From the human T2T-CHM13v2.0 reference genome, Homo sapiens: a stretch of DNA of 64,000 nt. Where the stretch lies: the NCBI RefSeq assembly GCF_009914755.1, contig NC_060942.1. One strand, 5' to 3'. Position 1 is the first letter of the stretch. Every line of letters starts with the position of its first letter. The notes under the pieces are model-generated. The model was not told where the DNA came from and made no database searches. It saw nothing but the letters and a program-made list of their open reading frames with translations. Shown here in pieces: positions 1 to 11,870 of this stretch. A program made the translations under genes and the position numbers.

Positions 1-249
1 TCAACCATGGGATTATGTGGCTGGAATGAACCTTAGATATAAACAATATATCAAAGGATTAATAGTATAACTAATAAAGTTATAATCCAATGATAGAAGT
101 TCAGATCAAATTTCCTAAAATATCTATAGAAAGAATACCAGTGGCTAGCTATCACTGCTTGTGTACTCATAATTCAAAATAGCCCTGAGTGTAAAGGGCA
201 AAGACAGTGCAAAGGGTTATGTCACAGGGATTGACTGAGAAGTTACTCT

Positions 250-728
250 CAAATGGGTGATCAGAGAAGGCTTCCCTGAGGAGAGAGCATTTGACCTACA
301 GCTTGCATGGTACAGAGAAACCAGAAAGTTTAAGCTCAGGCAAAGACAATAGCAAGTGCAAAGCCTAAAGATGGAACTAATAATGAGTGCTGTTGGAAAA
401 ATGCAGAGAAAGCCAGGAAGAGTATATACAATGGAAAAGGTAGAGTGTCATTCACAAGAAGGCCTGGGAGGCAGCAGTGCGCAAAATATGGCATTGGATT
501 TTATTCTATGGGAAATAAGAAGTCATTGGTAAGGTTCAGGCAGGGAAGTTACATGTTTCTAAGTAACTGCTGCTATGGTGAATGGCTGGTAGGTTGTCAA
601 GATTAGAAATCTGGAGACCGGTTGAAATGGTCTTGAAGTTGCCCAGCTGAGAGATGAGTGATGATGGCTGAATTGGTCATCAGTGGAGGTGAAGAGAAGT
701 AGACAGATCTGGTGTAAAGTTTTTGCTA
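250..728 (-). mobile_element. L2 LINE relic
   Basis: 'agagaaggcttccctgaggag' and 'gttgcccagctgagagatgagtgatgatggctg...gtggaggtgaagagaagtagacagat' resemble the reverse complement of the L2 3' region; highly decayed. Confidence 0.55.
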
Positions 729-795
729 GAACAGAAAACATAGTGTCTTCAGTGCCCAAATCAACAGGGTTGCACCCCTTGCAAAATGAAATTCA

Positions 796-1098
796 GGCCG
801 GGTGCGGTAGCTCATGCCTGTAATCCCAGCACTCTGGGAGGCTGAGGCAGGTGGATCACCTAAGGTCAGGAGTTCGAGACCAGCTTGGCCAACATGGTGA
901 AACCCCGTCTCTATCAATAGTACAAAAATTAGCCAGGCATGGTGGCACATGCCTGTAATCCCTGCTACTTGAGAGGCTGAGAAAGGAAAATTGCTTGAAC
1001 CCGGGAGACGGAGGTTGCGGTGAGCCAAGATCACTGCATTGCACTCCAGCCAAGATCATGCCATTGTACTTGCCTGGGTGACAAGAGCAAAACGCTGT
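796..1098 (+). mobile_element. AluS (Sq/Sp-like) with internal duplication
   Basis: Starts ggccgggtgcggtagctcatgcctgtaatcccagc; dimeric; 'gacaagagcaaaac' Sq/Sp-type 3' end; possible TSD gaaattca/gaaattta. Confidence 0.95.
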
Positions 1099-1236
1099 GA
1101 AAGAGAAAGAAAAGAAAAGAAAAGAAAAGAGAAGAGAAGAGAAGAGAAGAGAAGAGAAGAGAAGAGAAGAGAAGAGAAGAGAAAAAGAAAGAAAGAACGA
1201 AGGAAGGAAAGAAGGAAAGAAAGGAGGGAAGGAAGG

Positions 1237-1333
<97 letters not shown>

Positions 1334-1362
1334 AAAAGAAAAGAAAGAAAGAAAGAAAGAAA
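1099..1362 (+). repeat. Compound purine microsatellite (GAAAA)n(GAGAA)n(GAAG)n(GA)n(GAAA)n derived from the Alu tail
   Basis: Directly visible; a single pyrimidine (C1198) in 264 nt. Confidence 0.98.
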
Positions 1363-3204
1363 TTTAGGGTCTTTGTTAGTCTTTTAACTACTTTGACCTC
1401 TTGCACAAACTTCTTGGAGAGAAGAAGATGTGACTAAGAATCAACATATTTTTCTTTGTTTTCAAACAGAATATAAGCAAAATCATCTCAAAAAGACATA
1501 CATTTTATTATAAGAATCAATTTGCTTTGGGAATCTGTTTCTACAAGAATCATAGTTTTAAATGCCTCACTTCCATAAACTGTAAATTGAATTAATGATT
1601 GCTGGAATTTATACTTGAAAATCTCTGGGGAGATGAGTTTTGTGGAAACTAACCTAGGAACTGACATACATTCTGCAGTAACTAATAGAATGTAATAAGA
1701 GACAGTTTAACAACTGCTGATAGGAGGGAAAATGGGCTTTCAGTGAGGACATCTTCCCTCATTTGCTACAGACCAGGAGTTCAGAGGAGTCACCTAGTTT
1801 TGGTCAGTAACCAAAAGAGATTAGATTTGAAATTGGAATGAAACACACCATAACCATGAGAAAAAAAAAAACAACTGATTGGGATTCAGGCAATTGGTAC
1901 AGAATTTCTGGCTGCTTTTTATGTGAGGATTATTCCATCTGGTTTTAGTCACTAAAGGGGAAAAGCAGTCTCTGCTGTCGGGATTCACCAATCTTTCACT
2001 TGCACAACCTGCTTATATATTGCCTGGTTACAGGAGTCTGAAGCGTGTGTGAAGCCAGCCCATTGCTGTTTTCTCATGGATAGTGACATTATCTACTCCA
2101 CACATGGGCTGTTACAACTTCAAATAGAGCCCTGTGGATGGTAGAGCAAGGAGGCTATTGGGCCAAGAACTTTGGTTCTTTTAATTTTTTCCTTTTACAG
2201 GTTATTAAAGATAAGTTTCCTTTTTCTTTCAGAGACAGAACCCAGAGAATTTCTAATATGTACATCTGAACTTTGTTTCTTGCTTTTTTGTTTGCTCATT
2301 TTCCCCCCAAATCCTCAGCATCTTATGACTCTCCTTACTCCGGATATGAATAGTACTATAAATAGTACCACTTTCAAATCAAGGATTACCAAACCTCTCT
2401 GAGAGCAAAGAGACATGAAATCATGACATTGGTTAGGGGCCCACTGTAATCTCCATTTAAACAACCAATGGGGAACCCTAAGAGGAAGAACAATGTCTGT
2501 GCCATCCCAACTGGTCTTTTGTCTCTTACCTAAAATTTGGAGAAAAAAAATAACATCTTCTAGAGAAAATATCAGAACTGAACATGTAAACTCGCTCAAA
2601 TGATGCTTCCTGCAACAAGCAGCTATCATAGATAACCTTGCTAGACCAGCTGCTGAGACTTTCCTTTTATCACTATTGTCACTCAAACTTACGCCTGAAT
2701 TTTCTAACAATATTTATTGTCATTTGAATAAGAACCTATCATTAGGAACACATGATGTTGTCCAATACATAGTATCTGCTTCACTGGTGGAGTTCCTGAA
2801 AATACCACCCTCAGCCAAATGGTTAGGGCTTTCATGGCCTTGGGAGTCATATATATGCTTAAGCCAAAAAGTAAAGGAATAGCACAAGTCCATATAAAAT
2901 TGGCCAAACTACTAAGAGTGCAGGAGAGAAAGGTTATTTTTTGTAAGAGTTGGACGTGGCCATAAGCTCAGAAGTGGAATGCATGACCTCAGTCCCTTTA
3001 GTTGCTGGTGTACTCAATCTCATAGAGACATTTTCTCCTTCCGCTGTTTCTAGAGATCATCCTTTCCACAGAGATGGCTTGGCACAAACTACTTTATCTA
3101 ACTTTTGGAAGTGCCAATGTCCGAACCAGAGAAATCCAGTCATTGCTCAGTCATTCAAGGCACATGCTGGAACCAATTGGTCATGAACAAAGTGCTGTAG
3201 GACA

Positions 3205-3310
3205 TGCCTATACACATACGTATGCACATACACACTCACATAGACATAAAGACACAACAACACATGCGCGTGCAGAGACATACACAGATACATATCCACA
3301 TACACATGGA
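3205..3310. repeat. CA-rich low-complexity tract
   Basis: Degenerate cacata/cacaca repeats. Confidence 0.7.
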
Positions 3311-3391
3311 AAATGTTCTCAGCAGCTGAAGCCCTCAATGAGAGCTGGAGGTCCAAGACAGGGACACAGACTGTGCATAGAAATAGGGGAA

Positions 3392-3932
3392 TATCTACCT
3401 AGAGGAAAATAAGTGATTATATGAAAAAGATACCTGCACACACATGTTTATAGCAGCACAACTTGCAATTGCAAAAATATAGAACCAGCCTAAATACCCA
3501 TCAGTCAGATAGAGTGGATGAAGAAAATGTGGTTTATATACATACACACACACAAACACACACACACACCAGGGAATACTACTCAGCCATAAAAAGGAAC
3601 AAAATAATAGCATTCGCAGCCACCTGAATGGAACTCCAGACCATTATTCTAAGTGAAGTAACTAAGGAACGAAAAACCAAACATCATATGTTCTTACTCA
3701 TAAGTAGAAACTAAGCTACGAGGATGCAAAGACATAAGAATGATACAGTGGACTTCGGGGACTTGGGGGAAAAGGTGGGAGGGGGGTGAGAGATAAAAGA
3801 CTACACATTGGGTACAGTGTACACTGCTTGAGTGATGGGTGCACCAAAATCTCAGAAATCACCACTAAAGATTTTATTCATGTAACCAAACACCACTTGT
3901 TCCCTCAAAACCTATTGAAATAAAATAATAAA
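3392..3932 (+). mobile_element. 5'-truncated L1PB (L1PB1-like) 3' end
   Basis: ORF2 end plus 3'UTR 'aaaagactacacattgggtacagtgtacactgc...caccaaaatctcagaaatcaccactaaag...cctattgaaataaaa'. Confidence 0.9.
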
Positions 3933-3934
3933 TT

Positions 3935-4180
3935 GGTAACAAAAAGTTACCTTCTTAAATATACAATTATGTGAGATTTGAACAACACATAATGATGCAT
4001 AACTGCAGCCATACAATCAGAATATATTGTACTGCTATCATGGCCCCAAATTCCCTCATACCCATTTGTAGATAACTTTTGCCCTCATTCGATCCTCTAA
4101 AAAGCCATGATCTGCCTTCTGTCAATATAACTTTTGCCTAACCCAGAAAGGCATTAAAATGGACTCATACAAGTACAGCA
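3935..4180 (-). mobile_element. Old L1M 3'-end fragment
   Basis: 'gccatgatctgccttctgtcaatata...aaaatggactcatacaagta' resembles the reverse complement of an L1MB-ME 3'UTR. Confidence 0.7.
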
Positions 4181-4539
4181 AAGAAATAGGGGGATGTCAT
4201 TAATCCCAACAAAGTCAAGTTGGTCTCACAGCTGGATTATTGTTACAGCATCCAAACTGAGATCTGAAATGGCTTCTTAAACGGTTTTTTTTTTCCTGTC
4301 AAAATTTGCCACAAAGTGTGGGCTTAGAATGGATGGTTCAAGCCTTTGCAGACATTGTGATACCACAATGTGTATTTCTGATTCCTCACCATCAATGTGG
4401 CTTTCTTTGCCTCAGTGCATAGGCCTCCAAGTACCTGCTTCCGGAAATAAAGTTATGTTCAGAAAGTAAAGAAGGACCTGAGATGGAGAAAGAGTTTCCT
4501 GACTCTCAAAGTTTGGTTAGATTTCCCTTCTGTTTTTCT

Positions 4540-4715
4540 AGCAGTATTCTGTGCCTTCCCTTATCATAGCAGTAACGTTAAATATTATAATGGATGTCTT
4601 TCCCAAGAGTCTGAAGGCTCTTGCAGGGCAGGGTTTTCTCATATTTTCTATCTAGTAAGGTCTTGCATATTGCCTGGCTCCTAGTGAGGTCTCAGTAGTT
4701 CTTAAATAAATTACA
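4540..4715 (+). mobile_element. L2 3' terminus relic
   Basis: 'gaaggctcttgcagggcagggt...tgcctggctcctagtgaggtctcagtagt...aaataaat' follows the L2 end pattern. Confidence 0.55.
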
Positions 4716-5399
4716 TATTATAGTTACCATTTGATGCTTTAATTAAATATGAATTCTTATTCTTAAAGTTGAATTAATTTATTCATCAAAAAATTATTAG
4801 CACCCACTATTTATGCTTGGTGATTACAAAGGCGGTAGTTACAAAAATAGAAAAAGCAAATACTCTTAAAAGGTTTTTTATAAAGGGTATGTGTGTGTGT
4901 GTGTAACAATGGAAGGACATTTTCAGATGGTGTTTAACTACTTGAGAAGATTTTAGAAATTTCATGCTGTAATAAAACAGTGTAAAGTAATTTAATCTAT
5001 GTTGATTTGCATAATATAGTATATTATCTAGACTCTGCCTTTGATCATCACCCCCAAAAGAGAGGCATGTTCTTAAAATATCTTTGTTTCAGATAACAGA
5101 ACTTCCATATCTCAATATGCGATGTAAGCCAGGTAGAATAGATTTAAAGCTGACTTGGACCTTTTTAAAAGAAATCTACATGGTTGTAGATGTTTGTTTG
5201 TGTTTTCCCATTTTATATATCTTGCTCATTCCTGGTCCCTGTGGACAGTCTGAATAAAAGGTCAGGTTACTGTCAACTGTGAGAAAGACTGTTTCAGAAA
5301 TGCTTCCAGCTGAGATCTCGCAGGAGATGTCACACCTTGACATGTGTGTCAGGACTTAAGGAGATGCCTTTAAATTTATATGTAAATATGCCATTTGAT

Positions 5400-5627
5400 T
5401 GAGTGCATGTAGATGTTATGGTTATATAAGTATGCATGTGGTATGTACGTGACAGCATATAAATGTGTACATGTGTGTTATGTGCATAATTTGTGTTATA
5501 TATGCATGTTTGGGTTGTATATTAGCGTATGCTGTGTGTCTGTGAATGTGTGTTGCATGTGTGCATTGAACATATATACGTTATGTTTAGGGGTGTGTGT
5601 ATATATATGTAAATGTAGTGTGTGTGA
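5400..5627. repeat. TG/TA-rich low-complexity tract
   Basis: Degenerate tgtgta/tatgtg repeats. Confidence 0.75.
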
Positions 5628-6267
5628 GGAGAGACATTTCTGCCTTTTTTCCTGTACATGCTCAGGAAGTGAAAGAGAAAATATGGCATTATCTGTGGAG
5701 AATACAGCCTCAAATTAAATAGATTAAAAACAACCTTTCCTAGGCTGTCAGAGAAAATGTTGAAGGGTTTTCAAAAAGAGAAGGAAATCTCTCAGGCAAC
5801 CATATCTATATTTGCATTGCTTGTTTCAGAATAAAGACAAAAAATACAAATCCACAGCACACGCTTTTGACACAGAGTCATATTTTGAAAAGTGCTGGTT
5901 GGTAGCACCTCCGTGATGTGCCTGCTTGTGACATTTTAAGATCACAAATTGCTGCTAAGAAACACTCTCACTTTTCATATTTACACTTAAAAAATCTTTT
6001 CTTCTTAATGGTTAATTAGGTCACTAAAGAAGCTCTTAAGAAGAAGATGAAATGTTGACATTTTGCAATTATTTGCTACTGTGAATAATACATAAACATA
6101 CTACTTATGGAGAAAGTAGCTTTCAACCCCTTTTTCTTCCATGAAAGCTCATGCTGACAGCAGAATCCCTGTGCCTTGGGTCACAGACAGCCACGCTACC
6201 TCCTTTTCTGCTTTAGGTACTTTGGGTGATTACGTTGTGCTTTTCCAAAGTGCAGAATCAGTATGGG

Positions 6268-6296
6268 GGTGTGTTTGTGTGTGTGTGTGTGTGTGT
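6268..6296. repeat. (TG)n microsatellite
   Basis: Directly visible. Confidence 0.9.
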
Positions 6297-6578
6297 AAGT
6301 ATACTGATCTTGTCTACTTCCAGTTACACCACAAGTGTTAAAACACTAGCACATCATTAATTACTTGAAGTAGAAACTCTTTTAGAAATCAGCTTAATCA
6401 GACATAGATAATATTCTAATAATTTAATCCTACAGCAAGCACTTTCTAAGTTCTTTAGTAACAGGATTATGACAAGTATGAGTAATGCAAAGATGACTAG
6501 GACACAGTATTTGCCCTTTGGAAGCTAAGAAAGAGATGACTTACAGTATTCAGCCATATTCAGGGACTATTGTAAAAG

Positions 6579-6965
6579 TATACAATGAAATATTATTCAC
6601 CCTTAAAAAAGAAAAAAATCTTGCAATATGCAACAATATGAATGAATCTCAAAGACATTATGCTAAGTGAAATAAACCAATCACAGAAGTACAAATACTG
6701 CATGATTCCACTTACGGGAACTATTTAAAATAGCCAACTTCAGAGAATCAAATAGTAGAATGGTAGTTACCAGGGGCTGGGGGTGGGGAAAATGGGAAAT
6801 TGCTAATCAATGGTCATAAATTTCAGTTACACAAGAGGAATAAGCTCTAGAGAGCTGCTGTACAGCATTGTGCCTATCATCAATAATACTATAATGTATA
6901 CCTAAAATTTGTTGAGGGTAGATTGAATATTAAGTGTTCTTACCATACTAAAATGAAATTTTAAA
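6579..6965 (+). mobile_element. L1MA/L1MB 3' end
   Basis: 'acattatgctaagtgaaataaaccaatcacagaag...tttcagttacacaagaggaataagctctagagagctgctgtacagcat...gagggtagat...taagtgttcttaccatac'. Confidence 0.88.
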
Positions 6966-7457
6966 AATTTGACTTCTTATTTTGTTTTGCCTCTGTACTT
7001 CAAATGTTTCTTCTTCCATCTTCTTTCAATCATTTAATCCCATTGTCAAAACCACCATCAATAGCCTCACCCCTCTAAAATCTCAATTTCAAACACTCCT
7101 TTCTCTTAACTTCTATTATTGCAGCTCTCTCATCCCCATGATTTGACAACAGTATATTATAAATTGAGCAACCTCAGCATCTTCATCATTATTCACCCGT
7201 ATCTATCCACCATAATCTTTTTCATGCATTGCTGTGTAGTCTTCCCTCTGGCTTCCTTGCCCCCAACTTTGTTCCTTTGTTTTAACAGTCTCTTAAAATC
7301 ATATATTAGATCATGCCAGTCACTTCAGTACATGGTTGTGGAAGGAAATAATAAATTCTTTAAATCTATCCACTTGTGTTGTCCTCATTGTCCTCACCCT
7401 AATCTAGGCTCACATAATCAGAAAACATGGTGCTGAGACTTCTACCTTCTGGTAATC

Positions 7458-7925
7458 GTATTATTTTCCTAGCATTGATGTAATAAAATATCCAGAATCT
7501 GAGTGGCTTATAACAACAGAAATTTATTTTATCACAGTTCTGGAGGCTAGGACTCTGAAATCAGTGTGTCACCAGGGCATGCACTTTCTAAAAGCTCTGG
7601 GGAAAAGATCCTTCCCTTACATTTCCTAGCTTCTTGTGGATGCTGGAAACCCTTGGCATTCCTTGGTTTACAGTTGCATCACTTCAATCTTTGCCACCCT
7701 CATTATATAATATCTTTCCCAGTGTGTCTGTGTCTCTTTTCCTCTTCTTATAAGACACTAGTCATTAGATTTAGGGTCTCACCCTAATCTAGCATGACTT
7801 CATCTTACACCAATTAATTACATCCGCAAAGACTCTATTTTCAAATAAGGTCACATTAGGAAAATTCAGTTGGAAATGAAGGCTTTTTTTTGTGGAGGGG
7901 GGCAACACTATTCAACTCACTACAG
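7458..7925 (-). mobile_element. MLT1 (MaLR) solo LTR, MLT1C-like
   Basis: 'gtggcttataacaacagaaatttattttatcacagttctggaggctag...tttcaaataaggtcacatt...aacactattcaactcactaca' matches reverse MLT1. Confidence 0.88.
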
Positions 7926-7984
7926 TAGTAATTTAGTCCTAAGGAAGACACAATATATTCACAAACATGAGCTCATTCAAACTC

Positions 7985-9185
7985 TCAATGACTTGGTGTT
8001 TTCATCTTCAAAAGGGGCATTGCACCTGCCATGTCTTCTTCACTGAGTGGTTGTGAACATTTAGATGAACATTTTGATGGAAAATGGTTGCATACAACAA
8101 GGGCCAATACACATATATTAAACATTTTTATTATATGGAAAGCATGTTGAGATTTATAATTCTTGAAATAATATATATGTATAAATAAGAAATAAAATAC
8201 ATCATTTCTTGCATTTTAAATTTAGAGTGCAATTCATTATCCTAATTTGCACGTTCAGTTTCTAGTATATTTTCAAATATGTATTAACAATCAGTGTTTT
8301 ATTTAATTGAAAGTAAATTTAAAGATTATTTCTTATTTTCTTACATTTCAGTGATTGGACAATTAAGCCTCAAGCAATTAAATTATTTGTCCAGGTTTCT
8401 CCAGCTCATTGGCTGAAGAATGAGAACCCAGTTCTCCTTGCTCCCAAATGAAATGAGCAGCTAATATAAGATGTTAAGTGACCTAATTGAGTGGCTAGTA
8501 ATTCTCAGTCTCTCCTCTTTGCAGACATTCTTCTTGGAATGTTTATTAATGTCAGATAGAGCAGGTAGATGGAGTTTAAAAAGATGATTGAATTCAGCTG
8601 AGACATTGTCTAGTCATTTGATACTGCTCATGTTTCTTAATCTCTTTCAGATTTGGTTTCCTCAGCTGTAAAATGAGAACAATATTTATTCACAGAGTTA
8701 ATGTGAATATTATTTGCTTAACATGAATAAATCACATAAATCATAGTCCCTTCCAGGTTTCTTAACTATGCATACATAAAGGTGATTTACTATGCATACA
8801 TATATACATGCATACATAAACATACACACATTCCCCACACATGCAATAGCATGGCAAACAGTCACACTCAATAAAAGAGATATGATGATGATGATGTGAC
8901 CAAAATAACAGAGATATGAGAGTGCTTCAGGGAAGCAATTATAACACACTTTTTCTTAAAGAATTAATAGAAAGCCAGGCATGTAACCAGACCCTGGTAG
9001 GTTCTTTGCTTACGTCACCTTATAAAATTTTCTCAGCAACATTAGAAAATAAAGATCCTGGTTTTATGGATGAGAAAATTAATGATCAAAACATTCAACT
9101 AAGTTGTCCAAACCCACAAACTTAATATTTGCTAAAGACGGATTTCAAATGGATGTCCGTCTAAAGGCAAAGGTTAGGATCTGTC
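7985..9185. mobile_element. Cluster of MIR relics (about 7985-8120 +, 8345-8445 -, 8590-8720 +, 8950-9185 -)
   Basis: MIR core motifs, e.g. 'gtttcctcagctgtaaaatgaga' and 'ttttatggatgagaaaatt...aactaagttgtccaaacccaca'. Confidence 0.65.
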
Positions 9186-10837
9186 TTGGAGCTGATAGGC
9201 ACAGGCTGTGAAATATGCAGAAATGCAGAAACTAGAATTGGAGCATTACTCAGCATAGTTATTTAGAAAGCCCTTTTGACATCCAGGCACTGACGAACGA
9301 GCGAGTAAATGCATGCTTCTGCACCTGGCAGTTTCCGGACACCTTCCAAGCTCAGATTCTGCCTCTGCTCTGCCTCTTGGGATGACTGCTTGATTAATGA
9401 GCTCCCATTCATAAAGCCTTCTGATGAGGAATACGCGCCATGGCTGTAAGTGGTAAGTCATATCATTGTTTGGATTGGCACTGAGACATGCAGGCAAAAG
9501 CTTTACCCCTGTGGCTAGGGAAATGGAGGGATAATATAATCAAATCTGTGGATTCATGCTCTGCAAGTCTGTAGGCTTATCGTAGGGGGCCACTTTGAGT
9601 AGAAGTCAGTTGGATTCCTGGCTGAATGTTATGTGTTCCAGTTCCCTATGTTTATTAAGTATTTTCAAGATTATATCTTAACCTAATCCTTTCCAAGCCT
9701 TTGGAATTCATTCTAGTTAGCTCACAGATGGATGAAACACAGAAAAAGTTAAAAGAAAATGCTTGTGGATTGGTTTTCCCTGAATGTTTCTGATTTAGGG
9801 CAGAATTTAGGGAGGAAGAATAAATTTAAAATATCTTTGAGAGATAAAGAGAAAAAAATATAAAACCTTAGCCTTAACTTCCTGTGTGTAAGCCTCACCA
9901 AAGAGCTAACAAAGAAATGCTGTGTGCTTTCTGGGCCCTGGGCATCTCAGGATATACAGCTGAGTGTGTGCTTATGTTTTAGTTTACCTGTCTGAAATCT
10001 CTAAGTGTTTGTCTACACAACTGTAAGATAATGGATTGATTTTTAAAAAATAATCTAGTCAATGATTTTTATTTTGCAGGGTGCCAAACAACCTATTTGA
10101 TTTTTAAAAATAAACTTCCATTTTAAAGTGCAGTAGACGCAGACCAAATGAAAGTTGGCTTATTTGTCCCTTCTAGGTTTATGTTTCTACGAATCAATAT
10201 TTTTAATTATATAGCAGCTTTTCAATAACTCTCAAGTGTGTGTGCAACATATAGTTTCCAAAGAATTAGTCAGAAGTACTTTTGCAAAATATAGTATGCT
10301 GGCTTGTAAGGCCAGTCTTAGCATGTGTATAATCATTCGTTCATTCTTTGGTCATTTATTTAACAAATGTTTTTGGAGCAACTATTATCTATGAGAGGTG
10401 GTAATGGAAGTGATGGGTATGTATGAGTTTAAAAAGAAAAACACAGAAGGCTCAGACTTGAGGACAGGAGTTTCTTTAGAGCTGTATGGTGATGTGCAGA
10501 CATGTTCTCATGTATTTGTCTTACGGGCTACAAATAACAGGTGCCACATGAATAGGGATCATTAAATATACACCTAATGAAGTTAAAAGGATTCATTAAA
10601 TGATACAGTGGTTTGATATTTTAGTCATCATGATTCTTATGTACCACCTGTCTCAGTGTCTGAAATGCCACAATAAGCAAACTGTTATTTATTTAATCTT
10701 AAAAAAGATCTTGCTTTTCAGATAATTTTCAGTTTAAGGCAAATACCTTTTTGAAGAAGTAGAATAAGTAATGACTAAGCTCCCTTCACCACATCAAATC
10801 CTGGGGACACACATAAACACATACATACATGCTCTGA

Positions 10838-11025
10838 CAATATATAAACATATATATAATATTATATATAAATATATCTAATATATAATGTATTATATAA
10901 TAAATGTTATATAAAGTTATATTTATATACATATTATATTCATTATATTATATATAATTTATATATAATAAATTTATATAATGTATAACACATTTATATA
11001 TAATCTAATATATATTCAAATATAT
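10838..11025. repeat. AT-rich (TA)n-like low-complexity tract
   Basis: Almost exclusively A/T degenerate tatata repeats. Confidence 0.9.
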
Positions 11026-11069
11026 TGTGTGAAAATACACAATACTTAGTAAATATGAAGAGAAGAAAA

Positions 11070-11870
11070 GTAATATCCCAGTGGAGCAGTCTGCTGGACA
11101 CCACCCTAATCAATTGATCAAATTGAGCACACATGAAAGGGTGCAATGGGAAGGACCCAGCAGGTGGGTCTGTCTGTGACAGTCCTGCCAAGGATGCATA
11201 ACCTGACTCCTACTGCAAGGAAACCTCAGAAGAAACCCAAATTGCTATAACTGGCCTATAATGGTTAAAAGTGTCACAGTCATGAAAGTCAAAGAAAGGC
11301 TTTCATGGAGGCATTTTAGATTGAATGTGACCAAAGAGACATGGAAGGTAAATGAAAAAGATTGCTTAAAGGGCATTTCTGGGGCAATTATAGACACTTG
11401 ACTAGAGTCTACAGATTAGGTGGTAAGTAGTGATGCAGCAATGTTACTTTTCTAGTTTTCATGGTTGTACTATATTATGCGCAACAAGTATTGGCAAACT
11501 TTTTTCTGTAAAGATCCAGAGTACATATTTTAGGCTTTGTGTGCCATACAGCCTCAGTCACAACTACTTAAATCTGCCACTGTCGTATAAATGCAGTCAC
11601 ATACAACATGTAAACAAATAAATGTGGAAGTGTTCCAATAAAACTTTATTTACAAAAACAGGTAGCAGGTGAGGTTTGGCCTGTGAGCCACAGTTCACTG
11701 ACTCCTGATATAGAAAAATGCCTTTTTCATAAAAACAAACATATACACTGAAGTTACCAGGGGTATTGGGAAATCTAATTAAAAAATTACTATCAAGTGG
11801 TTCAGGAAAAGAAAAGATGCTGCATTGTACCTGCAAAAATTTGAGATTGTTTGAAAATAAAAATACTTAT
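11070..11870 (+). mobile_element. L1MC4/5-type 3' region, interrupted by MER58A
   Basis: 'aactggccta...aaaagtgtcacagtcatgaaagtcaaagaaaggct...tagattgaatgtgaccaaagagacatg...aatgttacttttctagttttcatggttgtact'. Confidence 0.7.
11485..11707 (+). mobile_element. MER58A (hAT-Charlie MITE)
   Basis: 'ttggcaaactttttctgtaaag...ttttaggctttg...tgttccaataaaactttatttacaaaaacaggtagcagg...tttggcctgtgagccacagtt...actcctg'. Confidence 0.9.

Noticed and set aside
726-1437. ORFs of 67-132 aa, including K/E/R-rich and F/S/L-rich ones
   Set aside because: They are translations of the Alu and the purine microsatellite
2315-2907. 131-aa minus-strand ORF and neighbours, with a ggc|gtaagt donor near 2690
   Set aside because: No recognisable protein similarity or coherent exon chain
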